Below are positions 24,352 to 47,807 of a stretch of DNA of 64,000 nt, in pieces. The translations under genes and the position numbers were made by a program. The stretch is from Amoebidium appalachense. Its lineage: Eukaryota; Protista; Ichthyosporea. How positions within the stretch are numbered: position 1 is the first letter of the stretch; every line of letters begins with the position of its first letter. The stretch lies in the NCBI GenBank assembly GCA_963693365.1, contig CAVNZM010000010.1, positions 2,046,001 through 2,110,000 of the forward strand. Direction: 5' to 3'. Below the pieces are notes generated by a model. That model saw nothing but the letters and a program-made list of their open reading frames with translations, did not search any database and was not told the DNA's origin.

Positions 24352-25878
24352 TTTCGAATTATTTTTTGGCAGGAGCTGGAGTGTTTGTGTGTGTGCGTGG
24401 GAGTGATGCTGTGGGAGAGCTTTTATATCGCCGAAGCCGGCCGCAGGTCACGTTATGTCCAATCACTCCAGTGTCCCGGGTTTATTTTCGGAGCATTTGT
24501 TTTGATCCATCATCCATGAGAAGTGGTTTTACACTCCTCTCATGGGTCGCCAATCAAAAAGGGCCAACTTAATCTTTGTGGTGACCCGGTGCATCTACAG
24601 TCTACACTGCGGTTCAGGTGTGCAGTTACAGCCAGGAGAACCCCTCCCGGATAAGATATTGAAAATTTAAAATGTATTGAAATGATAATATGTGCTTGTT
24701 TTGTTTTGTTTGTTTTTGTCTAGGAAGGCCCCAGAAATGCCATGACGCGTCGAAAAAGTGCCAGTGGCGGCGACACCAGGTAAACATTGAAGCAGACGTT
24801 GATTGGTAGACTAAGCAGTGCGAATGTCAAATCACAGACGTGGATCTGATGTTTTCTACATTCCTCGTACGTGTAAACGACTGGAGTAGCAGAAGTACAC
24901 CAATCAGCTTTGAGCAAAAACTTTGCGACCTTTTTATTGGAGAACAGCGCACCATCCCGGTAGGTACATGGGAAGTGTACTCCCGGCACACCCCCCTCCT
25001 GAGTCCTCCCCCTCCCCCTCCCCCCCCCCCCCCCCCCGGCCCCCTTCCCTCCCCCCGAGGTCTTGAGGACCATGGCCACATGTGCAGTACATCACCCCCC
25101 CCCCCCCCCCCCCCCTCCCCCCCCCCTCCCCCCCCCCCTCCCCCCCCCCCTCCCCCCCCCCCCTCCCCCCCCCCCCCCCCCCCCCCCCGCTCCCCCCCTC
25201 TTCCCTAGCACACGTCTCCGGCAACGGCCGGCTGGGCCTCCAAATAATACCTTCACCCCACGTGCATCCACCAACTTTTTACCGTAATCGTTCGGCAGAC
25301 TTCAAATTTGTTGAGAGCTGCACGTGATATTGTGTGTGTGTTTGTGTGTTTAATTATGTGACACCTGTCATGTGTGTGCACACGTATGACGTGGTGTGTA
25401 ATAGGATTTAGCGAGCTCGAGAGATCGGGATCGAGATCGACTTCGAGAGAGAGAGAGAGAGAAGAGGAGAGAGAGAGAGAGAGGGGGGGGGGGGAGGGGG
25501 GGGGAGGGGGGGGGGGAGGGGGAGGAGGGGGGGGGGGGGAGGGGGGAGGGGGGGAGGGGGGGGAGGGGGAGGGGGGAGGGGGGGAGGGAGAGGTAGAGAT
25601 GGGGAGTGGGGGGGGGGGGGGGGGAGGGGAGGGAAGGAGGGAGGAAGAGAGGGGGATCGAGAGAGAGCCTCTGGAGAGAGACAGGGAAAGAGAGGTTGGA
25701 GAGGGAGAGAGAGAGAAAGAGAGAGATGGAGAAAGACAGAGAGAGGGGGGGGGGGGGGGGGGGGACGAGAGATACTAGAGAGAATCCGAGAGAAAGAGAA
25801 AGAGTGACTACGAGAGAGTGGGGGGGGGGGGGGGGGGGGGGGGGGGGGAGGACGAGAGAGAGAGAGAGCTCGAGAGAG

Positions 25879-25960
<82 letters not shown>

Positions 25961-26024
25961 CGTGAGTGTGTGTAGTGTCTGTGTGTGTGTGTGTGTGTGC
26001 GTGTGTGCGTGCGTGCGTGCGTGC

Positions 26025-26075
<51 letters not shown>

Positions 26076-26824
26076 GGTGTGTGTGTGTATCTGGTAAATG
26101 TGCTAGTGGGTATGTGTGTGTGTGTGCGTGCGCGCCCGTTCGGGTAGTGCACGTGGGCTGCATACACAGCTCACAGCTGAAACTTTCATTTCGAGTTGAC
26201 ATTATGATAATAACATCGGATATGACAACCACTGCATATTATCCGGTGACATGAACGCCAAAAACTACTGCTAGCCCAATACATACTCTTAACTCCCTGA
26301 TTCAGCTTCTTTACAATATTGTAAAGCGTTGAGATAAGTCTTGTATCTAAGTGGAAACAACTGTAAGGATCTGCAAGGGCCGGGGGAAAGGGGCAGATAC
26401 GGGGAGTGTGGGTGGGTGTGTGGGTGGGTGGGGGTGGGTGGGTGGGTGGTTAGAAGGGGGGTGGGGGGAGGGGAGGAGGTGGGGCATGGGAGGTCGTGCT
26501 GCCAGGTCGAACTTGGACAAAAGCCGAGGCAGATCTAGATCAATATTCCAGCTAGGCAAAGCCTGTTTCTTTGTACATTCTCCATACAAGATATGAACGG
26601 AAGAGCTTGCCTAAATCCCGCGACCGAAGCCTTCATTGACGAAAAAACTGCACGCATTTGTGTTATATACATAATACGTTACAGTAAGATCGGGTGAGTG
26701 TGGATGTGAGTGTGACCCATGCTGCATAGTGTGTGCATCATCCTTTTGTGCATGACGAAGTGTGGGATTGTATAGTCGTGTGTGTGTGTGTTTGTGTGTG
26801 TGTGTAGTTGTGTGTGTGTGTCAC

Positions 26825-26859
<35 letters not shown>

Positions 26860-26888
26860 AAAATTTTCTACGTGTGTGCGTGCGTGCG

Positions 26889-27969
26889 TCCTACCCCCGG
26901 CCCCAGGAGGGGGCAGATACACCCTCTGGCTACAAGGCAACCAGATCCCAGGCAACATCCCCGGCTCCCTCAACCGTCTGACCAAGGAGTACCTCAAGGA
27001 ACGGGCCGGCAGGACAGAGGCCATATCCATCCTTACCGACCCCCGTCTACTCCTAGCAGAGAGGGACCCCGTAAGCTGCTAAACAAGGGCCCAGCCCAGG
27101 CATCGATCCGGGCAGTACGGGGCAACACCTGGAGCCTATCACTGGCTATGGGCACCCTGCCCACCATGACCAGGCTACACCGTGACCAGCCAACCATTGT
27201 CACCCAGCCCACATGCTCCAGATGCCACCAGCACCCGGAGACGACAGCCCACCTTTGGGCCTGTCCGGCACATGCGGAGGCAACCCCCCCCTCTAATTTC
27301 GGCCATCACAGCATGCATCTACAATGTTTTGCACTCCCGGCACCCCAAGACCTCCACGGACACCACGTAACACGACCCTTCCACCCACACACCCCAAAAT
27401 GCACAAACACAAACACCCCAACACCACACGTAAACAAAGAGGTAGAGCCCCACCAAAACCCAAACCACACACACAAACACCCCCAACACACACACAGCCA
27501 GCATGCCCAACATGTAGACACACCCACAGAACCAACCAACCATGTAACACTAGGCTCCTAGACCACTACACCGTAGCCACACTCTATGTCCAACACCATA
27601 TTCTGCTAGGTAGCAACCCACCACCACCAGTCCCCTCCATCCATCCATATCCTCCGTAGGCCCCACCCACACCACGCCACACATTCCACCACTTTAAACG
27701 AACCAATGAGAGCCCGGTTTTGAGGTTTATTCGTACTTGAGTGGAGGGGAAGCCTGGTGCTACCCACCGGCGTGGCTGGGGTGAATACCATGGGCAAAGT
27801 GTGTGCAAATAGTTAGGATCGTTTAAAGGTGTGTTAGCTTAGCTAATAATACCGTAGCACCCTAGCTAGATTACTGTCGGTGCTGGGTGGAAGACGGTGG
27901 TTCCCCCTGAGGGCCCAAGGTGTCCCTCCAGGAACAAAACGGGATAAAATATATAAAAAGAAAAATGTA
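26889..27969 (+). mobile_element. 5'-truncated, degenerate non-LTR retrotransposon (3' end of ORF2, 3' UTR and A-rich tail)
   Basis: GTLPT...CSRCHQHPETTAHLWAC is the C-terminal CCHC/zf-RVT-like knuckle of L1/Tx1-type ORF2. The frame is broken near 27080. There is an A-rich tail at ~27945-27965 and a flanking direct repeat TGTGCGTGCGTGCG at 26875-26888 and 27970-27983. Confidence 0.75.
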
Positions 27970-28019
27970 TGTGCGTGCGTGCGCCGAGCGGGTGTGTGCA
28001 CGCGCACGTACAAGTCAGC

Positions 28020-28121
<102 letters not shown>

Positions 28122-28303
28122 ATGCGAATCAGCACACATTGCCAAGATCGTGACAGTGTCGGACTGTCTGTTAAAAGAACCTCTCCACCTGGATCACAGG
28201 TTCTCCCACAGGGTTACCCGTGAGTACTGCCACATTAACACCATAGGTTTAGAGCTTTTTTGATTTTGAAACGGGGGGTGGGGTAGGATACGTAGTAAGC
28301 TCG

Positions 28304-28349
<46 letters not shown>

Positions 28350-28445
28350 GGGGGGGGGGGGGGGGGGGCGCCACTCGGGCCCCTCCGCTGGCTGGAGGGA
28401 GGGGGTGGGAGGGGGGTACCCAATTTTGAGTAGATGCCTTCCCCC

Positions 28446-28476
<31 letters not shown>

Positions 28477-28867
28477 ACACACACGCACACACAGACACAC
28501 ACCACCAACACCGTCAACACCACCAGCCGGGCCTGCCTGTTGCCAGGGTCAACTAAGGTAGGGCCCAACCAAATACTTTGACTCAACATTAGTATGTTTA
28601 TCGGATATCAACTTGAAAACACTGATGATGGCATTTGCACCTTCTCTACATTCATCAATTGGTGTCAATCCAATTATCAGATCATGGAATGAAAAGAATG
28701 TTTGTTATGCGGATTAACCCACCGGCCAGATTGTAGTAGGCTAACATTTTTAAAAGTTTATGCATCATACATAGCATTGGTTGAACTGTGACATGTGACA
28801 CTGATGATGCATATGGCACTATTTTAATTATCAGTCGCTATAGATCGGTGACCTGCTTACTAGCCAG

Positions 28868-28901
<34 letters not shown>

Positions 28902-28957
28902 CTCCCTTCACCCCCCGCTCCCCCTCACCCCCTACCCCACCGAACCACCGTGGGCCC

Positions 28958-28992
<35 letters not shown>

Positions 28993-28993
28993 C

Positions 28994-29026
<33 letters not shown>

Positions 29027-29822
29027 TTTCTCCCCCTCTATACCTCTTGGGATCTCATACCAAGAGTGACTTGTTGCTCATGATCACTGATATTCTCGAC
29101 CATATGCATTGCCAACAGTTATACTGAAGTGCCCGGTGACTTATAAATTGCTCTCTCTCTCTCTCTCTCTCCCGCTCCCCCCCCCCCCCCCCTCCCCCCC
29201 TTCCCCCCCCCCCCCCTCCCCCCCAACCGCCACCATGCTATGGCGGCTTATTACTAAGCTCCCCACACGACCTCCCTCGTCCTTCTTTTTAACACAACTT
29301 GTGCGTGCGTTTCTTCTTAAAGTTGGCCATGGTGCATGCACTCAAGACGCGAGATTCATTCATTAAGCACTACACCGTGCACGCTGAAAACAGCTCTCTA
29401 ATCAGCATGGCATGCCGACACCGGCAAAGTACATTTCACACACGGGCAGACACAAACACCGTCCATGGCATGGACAGTCAGTCACATGTGTACACAGTAC
29501 ACACACAAACACACGTACACAGCAAATACAGACACACATATTACACACAAGCGCGGCCCCCCGTCCGCCGCATGCACAGCGAGGCTCAGCAGACACTCAT
29601 GCTTCCGGGCACACACACACGCAAACTAAACAGATATAGGAAGGAGAAAACAGAAGCGGAAATCGTGTGCACGCAGGCACGCACACATGCGCATGCAGAC
29701 ACACAATCACGCACAAACTATAGACACGCACACACTCTGAGCACGCTCACAGACTGACGCAGGGTATAGTACGAGGGGGAGGGACCATCAGAGGGGACCA
29801 ACTACGACACGGCACTACTGCC

Positions 29823-29858
<36 letters not shown>

Positions 29859-30172
29859 CTCCCCATTTTGAAAATCAAAAAAACGTGCTGTTGAAAAATT
29901 CTTGAATAATGGTGACCGTGGTGGCCCATGTATATAACGATGTTTTTTTTTGGTTCTCGTTTAGAGACGGTGGCTATGGTACATGCAAATTGCTTACGAA
30001 ATTTTGAGGCAAACAGAATCTAGGGCTTGCACAGGCTTAGACGTGTACTAAGAGGGCCGAGGCCTAAACCAATGTATGTTTCTTTAGCTTTAATAATTTC
30101 TGTTTATTTCATATAAGAGAACAATACATAATAGCAGTCCTCTCTTCCTCAATATATCCGTTTTAAGATGAC

Positions 30173-30957
30173 TATCCTAGATCACCTTATTAATGCTGCA
30201 CAGTATGATATTGTGATCCGGTGCCTTAACTTTCTTTCGGAGCTACCGATGCTAGCCTCTGCTTACCCATAATATGTAATTAGGGGTGCCCTACGATGGC
30301 GCTCATTGTTGCCTAGCAAGTACATATGTCACTGGCTGCATTTGATTGGCTGCGCTGGAAAACGCAGTAGGCCGTTTGCTCGAATGTGGCTGGGCCTCCG
30401 GCAGTGTCCACGCAATAAAAAGTGTGTAAACCCCAAGTATGATATTGTGATCCGATGCCTTAACTTTCTTTCGGAGCTACCGATGCTAGCCTCTGCTTAC
30501 CCATATTATGTAATAGGGGTGTCATATACTACGATGGCGCTCATTGTTGCCTAGCATGTACATATGTCACTGGCTGCATTTGATTGGCTGTGCTGGAAAA
30601 CGCAGTAGGCCGTCGAATGTGGCTGGGCCTCCGGCAGTGTCCACGCAATAAAAAGTGTGTAAACCCAACTAGAAGTACTCTGATAGGGGTTTACACACTT
30701 TTTATTGCGTGGACATTGCCGGAGGCCCAGCCACATTCGACGGCCTACTGCGTTTTCCAGCACAGCCAATCAAATGCAGCCAGTGACATATGTACATGCT
30801 AGGCAACAATGAGCGCCATCGTAGTATCTGACACCCCTATTACATATTATGGGTAAGCAGATGCTAGCATCGGTAGCTCCGAAAGAAAGTTAAGACACCG
30901 GATCACAATATCATACTGTGCAGCATTAATAAGGTGATCTAGGATAATACTCTGATA
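30173..30957. repeat. ~260-bp non-coding unit in three copies (30173-30434 direct, 30436-30666 direct and 5'-truncated, 30686-30946 inverted), forming a ~230-bp-arm palindrome
   Basis: Arms were compared directly; the loop is about 20 nt, and TACTCTGATA is repeated on both sides of the inverted copy (30676-30685, 30948-30957). Confidence 0.92.
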
Positions 30958-31733
30958 AGCCAGCATCCCGGTGGAGTCTAAGGAGAATGGTGTCGTAGGC
31001 CAATCAAAAAACCGTGGCTCACTTTCCAAATTTGGAAGGTAAAAATTTTCAGTTCAAAAAACGGTTTTTTCCCGCCGCCTTCACGATGTACATACTGAAG
31101 TTGAACAGCAAGAGTTGCTTCATGACACAAGACGATATTTTTCTTTGCTGCCACACAGATTTTACGAAAAGGAGGGGAGAGCCAGATGAGAAATAGAAAC
31201 ACACATGCACATATAGAAAAAAAGGGAAAACAGACAGATAACAGCTGAGAATGGTGAGTGATCATATTTCTTTCCTTTTCCCAAAACCTGCACCTGTCAC
31301 TGGGACTCGGGTTTCATTGCATTCAATCATCCTTGAATATTTTGTTTGTTTGCCTAAACTTGTTGATGTTTCTTATATATGCTTCTCCGCGTTCTGTTTT
31401 TGATCTTGCGTTCAAATAGTGCTCGTTTCCGTTCGACATCTTGCGCCTCGCGGTTTCTCTACGTGTCAAATGCTCCGGTTTATTTACTTTTCGGATGAGG
31501 TTTGCAGGTAAATAACTAACAGCCTGTCCACCCCCGCCCCCACCCCCCCCCCCCCCCCCCCACCCCACCCCCATCCCCACCCTCTCCCACTCCCCCCACC
31601 TCCCCACACCCCTCCCGTGACGACCTTTCGCCTGTTCCGCTCCACTTCACCCTTCTACCCTGCTCCCCTAGCCCTTCTACGTTCTCCCCATTTTCCACTC
31701 CTCACCTTCGGCCTCTCTCGTCCACTTCCACAC

Positions 31734-31765
<32 letters not shown>

Positions 31766-33100
31766 ACACACACACCCTCTCCCTTGCTCTTTCTCTCATC
31801 TCTTTGGGACCACCACATCCTAATTCTCCGTGGCAACTTCTGGAAATTGCATCAACCGACATTGGAAACTACGTAGAGTGCTCCCTACGGTTATTACGAT
31901 CCGAGTAGGTGACCCATCCCGGCTTCTGGACTTCACCTTGCATGCACTCCATGGGCACACTATCGTGATGTTGTTGCTTCTTTGCCGGTTCAACCAATTG
32001 CGTAACCAAAGATATTCGGACTAAGTTGTGACCGAGTGGCTGGGAGTAGCGTGTTTGTTTGTTAGTTCAACCATGGGCATATGGAGCTAAACTTAACTGT
32101 GTTTGGTTGGGAGAGTTGTTTTGTCCTTGATTCACCCCGTTTCCATGTGCTTGTCTAATGGCACGTGCCCAACAGTTATCTTAACGAATGACTTCTGTTA
32201 AGTGTCCGCTTTGTAAATGGTGTTTTTGTGTCACGGGAGTGTCTGAAAGTGTGCAGTTGTAAAGGACTGTGTACGTGTTTGTGTGTAAGCAGGGGTGGAG
32301 CCTGGTGAGTGTGGTGTGTGGGTATGGGTGTGTGTGGGGGGGAGGGGGGCGGGGGGAAAGACAGGTCGTATGTTGTTTTTGTAGGGAAAGGGGTTAGGGG
32401 AAGTTGCTTGGGACCAGTGAAGTTGAACTTGATTGAATATGGCGTTTTGCGGGATGCGGGGGTGGGGTGGGGGTGGGGGGGGGGGGGGGGGGGGGGGAAG
32501 CGCACGCCAATACCTGTGTTTGTTTGTGCTGGTGGTGCCGGGAAGAAGAGGGAGGGAGTAGGAAGATAACAGACGTTATGGTTTTTGGTGAGGAGATAAG
32601 TAAAAAAAAGGTGTGTGTGTCAGTTTGATAACTTTGATGTCCTCTCTGTTGCAGTATGCCAGTGAGCATGTGAGAAGATTTGCGTATGCATAAGTATGCT
32701 GAGCTGTACTAAAAACTTGGCACCGTTGGGCAGGGGATAGAATGTTACCACCAACAAACTATCTGTCCCCCCCCCCCCCCCTCCCTCCTCCTCCCTCCCC
32801 TCCCCTTCTTCTCCCCCGACACACACACGCATGCACGCACATGCACACACACACACTTACACTCACACTCACACTCACACATGCTGGGTACGCCCCTCCT
32901 CCTCCCCCTCCCCCCTTCACCGACACCACCCCCTCCCCCCCCTCCCCCCCCCCCTCCCCTTACCTCCCCACCGCTTCTTGCCAGGCATTCGTGAGATGGG
33001 TTGAATGGCACTATTGCCGTTTGTATGGGATATGGAATGATGTCTCCTATTTGCCTATGTTGCTTAATGATTGAATTTTTCCTCCTCCTTTCTTGTGCAG

Positions 33101-37406
<4,306 letters not shown>

Positions 37407-37544
37407 TGAGGTTGATATAAAAGAGGTTGAGGTTGGGATGAGAAGGATCATAGGTCGGACAAGAAGTGAGAGGTTGATATCGAAGAGGATGATATTAAAG
37501 AGGGTGAAATAAGAAGGAGGATAATCTGACCACGGGGTCAAAAA

Positions 37545-37672
37545 GAAAAAACCATTCGTGATATATATGCGGGTTGCGAAAAAGAAGAGAAAAAAAACTA
37601 TTCGTGCATGATATATATGCGGGTGGTGAAAAAGAAAAATCTATTCGTGATATATATGCAGGTGGCGAAAAA
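37545..37672. repeat. Three degenerate copies of AAAAA(C)YATTCGTG(CAT)GATATATATGCRGG in the EF-hand gene 3' region
   Basis: Direct inspection of the sequence. Confidence 0.75.
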
Positions 37673-38301
37673 CAGTATATAAAGTAGCCCATGTTATTAG
37701 TTTATGGCTAGATAAGTGTAAATCGGGACGGCTTTATATACATAGAACATATGTGCATGGGGGACGGTTATATATGCCGGTTGTGGCTTCTGTCATGATG
37801 CTATCTCAGCCTACAGGATATACATTTTTTGACATCTGCTGCATACAATATATGTGTTCCATATATAATGGATTCATATTAAATGCATATGAATGCCGAT
37901 TGGCAAATCGGTTTGGCGGTGTGTATTCTGCCACCGTATATGCATACCGTGGCATCGAAAATAAATCATAAAAAAAAAAAAAAACACACACATCGGTGAT
38001 TGTGTAAACCTTTTAGAGCCTATTTGTGTATATAGACTTCCCGTTCGATGCACTTGGCCCCTGCCAGCATCCGAACGGCATTATGCCTTACGTATACGAA
38101 ATTACGCAGAGCCTTGAATGATGTGTGAAGTGGAAGGGGCTGTGCTCTGATCATGACGATTGTCATATACATGTGTGTGGTGATGAATATAATCATGATG
38201 ATCCCCCCCCCCCCAAAAAAAAAATAAAAAAATAATAAAAAAAATAAACAGTTGGCACCCACCCTCAACATACACATTCAACTGTAGACGTGTGAAGAGA
38301 T

Positions 38302-38801
38302 TAGACCAATTTTGCACATCGTCGTTGCAATGTTCCTGGCATTGTTTGAACATTGCCGCCGACATTGCCGCGGCAATGTTTTGTGCCGGTTTTGCAGGAA
38401 GCTGCTTGCTCGTGGCAATGTTCGTGGCAATGTCACATTGTCGACCAGCCGCCGATCTGAAAAAAAAATAGATCGGAAATCGTTCCGGAAATTGGCGGCG
38501 CTTGGGCTTGGTGAGGCACTTTCAAGACACCAAAATCCCTATATAGAGGAACAGCGGGAGCGCTACAAATTAAAATCTAGTGTTTTATACATGTATGGGA
38601 GACGAAATGGGTCAAAAACACCCATCTTTTGTAAGAAATAAATGTAAATACGAGTGTCTCAAAATGCACCCGCCATCATCATATGATGTTGGCACGAAGC
38701 GGCCATCTTTGCCGTGGCAATGGCTTCCCGGAAATGTTGCGGAGTCTCCCCTGATCAACATTGCCAGGAACATTGCCACGACGATGTGCAAAATTGGTCT
38801 A
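38302..38801. mobile_element. MITE / non-autonomous DNA transposon, 500 bp
   Basis: The inverted repeats at 38302-38346 and 38757-38801 match at 43 of 45 nt (TAGACCAATTTTGCACATCGTCG...). The terminal TA may be the target duplication. Subterminal CATTGCC/GGCAATG motifs are repeated, and there is no transposase ORF. Confidence 0.88.
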
Positions 38802-39813
38802 TTGCCGCCAGTACCATTACGTATATACCAACCCAGGTCCCAGCCGACGCATGTGCACTTGCATATGCAAATGCACACATGTACACCTCAACGGTGTGCT
38901 TTGTATCATCAGGGGTCTGGTTCAATATCTAAACACAGTTCGAATTCCATCCCCATACACGGCCACACGCAAAAATCCAAAACTCATGCACGCACACACA
39001 CACCGGCATGCATGCAATCGAAAATTCAAGGCAGGCCTAAGCGGAGAACACACACATGTGCAAATCACATGTACACACGCGCACGCGCGCGCGCACACAC
39101 ACACACACACGCACGCACGCACGCACAGGGGTGAGGGGCCCCTCAGGCTCAGGCTTTAATCGTTCGTGGCAAACCCTTTATTTGCTTCCTGAGCAAGTAA
39201 TAGACATGAACAGGTGCATTCACTCGGACACACCCACCCACGGACACATGTACAGATACCATTCAACCTAATACTGCCGTTTTTTCAAAACATATTCATC
39301 ATACTATCTAGAGAAAAAACAACAGTACATGCCACGTTACTATAAACACATTTGGTATTTCGCATCACGCTTTCATCATGGGATTTCTACTTGCAATTGG
39401 GTGGTTTAGAGCCCATGCCTACTCCTGCCTACATTCATGTCCTTTAAATAATAATTTTTTCATTCGAATTAGTAGAAACAGTGCCCGACAGCCATAATAA
39501 AAACAAAAGTCAGTTGAAACCCATCCCGCTCCGGTATACGCACACAACTTTTACATGTTACGTAAATTTGTTCTCATGTGAGACGTAAATTATGTAAATT
39601 TGTTGAAAATCACCTTAAGTTGGGGAAAAGGCGGAGGTCGCTCCAACAAGAGACCTCCACTCACTCCGGTGAACACACATGCACGCACACACCACCACCA
39701 CAAAAAAATTATTCATGGGAGCCTTTTTAAAAAAAAAAAGGCATTCGTTCATTTCGGAATATATCGACAGGGCATTTTGGACCCAACCGTGCACTTTAGG
39801 CGAGATTTTGCAA

Positions 39814-46578
<6,765 letters not shown>

Positions 46579-46737
46579 GTTTGCTCGAACTTCTCCAATG
46601 CTGTCCAACGTTGCGTAATCATGGACCCATCAGTGGCAAAAACCTTTAAAAAACTCTGCAACCACTGAATAAGCTGAATAAGGAGACAATTGGATGTGCA
46701 CGTTGCTGTAAGGCACTGTCTTCACCGTGGGGGGGGG

Positions 46738-46776
<39 letters not shown>

Positions 46777-47544
46777 TCCGGACGTTCGAGTTATGAAGTC
46801 TAGTGATGCTGTGTCTAGACCTATTCAACCGGCTATGCTATGCCATTCACTAGGTCAGCTATGCTTCATTGATTACTATATGGTATTGATGAATCTCTCT
46901 CTCCGCGGTACCTCCGAGCCAGGGGTCGACACACAGACAAAACACATGTACATGTGTTCGTGTTTCACTGGCCTGGTGACTCTTGCCGAGACTCGAGTGC
47001 GCGCAAATTCAAATTTCAGCAATAAACCAATCAGATAACACTGAGCAAACCCTGTTACGCAACTGCGCCGAAGCCGCATTCCAGAATCGAAAAACACCAT
47101 TTATGGTAATGGTTCCGATCATTCCAGTGTTCACGGTTGGCGGCGCTCGAAGCTGATTGGGTTATCGTCCACCTGCCCTTTATGGCAACCATTTTTCTTG
47201 CTACAGTGGCACTATCCGAAACGTCGAAATCATGCAAAAAAGAAGCTGTAAACTCATATTTTGCTGCAATATAGTGTTCAAATAATTAAAACACGTGTTT
47301 AAGACCATGTGGATGTCCGGCATGAAGGGCGGAGTCAAGCAAGTTTTATTATTTGCACTCCTCCGCGCCAATATTGACACACTATATGGCGGAATTTGTA
47401 ACAAGCCTGGCTTCAGTCCCACACTCCTGTAAGCAGCCCAATATAAATTTACATTGAATAAACATTATATGTCTTTCCTGTACATCTTTTTACGAGTGTG
47501 AGATTTTCACGACGGCAACAAGGCAAGCCGCCAGGATAATCGAT

Positions 47545-47660
47545 ATGCATTGATTAGCAAGAACGATCTCCAGAAAACGAACTTTGATTGGTTCGTATGG
47601 CTCTAGAAATCGAGCACATATGATTGGATAAGCGCCCATTTACCGGGGAGTATAAATTGT
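47545..47660 (+). promoter_or_regulatory. Putative acetate kinase core promoter in the divergent methyltransferase/ackA spacer
   Basis: Inverted CCAAT boxes (GATTGG at 47586 and 47622) and TATAAAT at 47651 lie about 150 nt upstream of the ATG, in a microsatellite-free stretch. Confidence 0.45.
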
Positions 47661-47807
47661 TGAGCTGAGATGTCGAGAGTCAGTTTTCGTGGATAGTTTT
47701 TGGTGTGTCTCATATAGTTCTTTTTCCACCCTCAGAAAAAAAACACCAAAAACTCGTTAGAGAGTATACATTGTGATAGGCAAGAGGGGAAGAAAACGTT
47801 AGAGAAA

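Noticed and set aside
30173-30672. Helitron reading (5' TC ... CTAG 3')
   Set aside because: There is no convincing GC-rich subterminal hairpin, the 3' flank is not T, and the other two copies lack the CTAG end.
30306-31029. Mirror-image 60-80 aa ORFs on both strands
   Set aside because: They are a by-product of the palindrome; indels between copies break the frames and no motif is recognisable.
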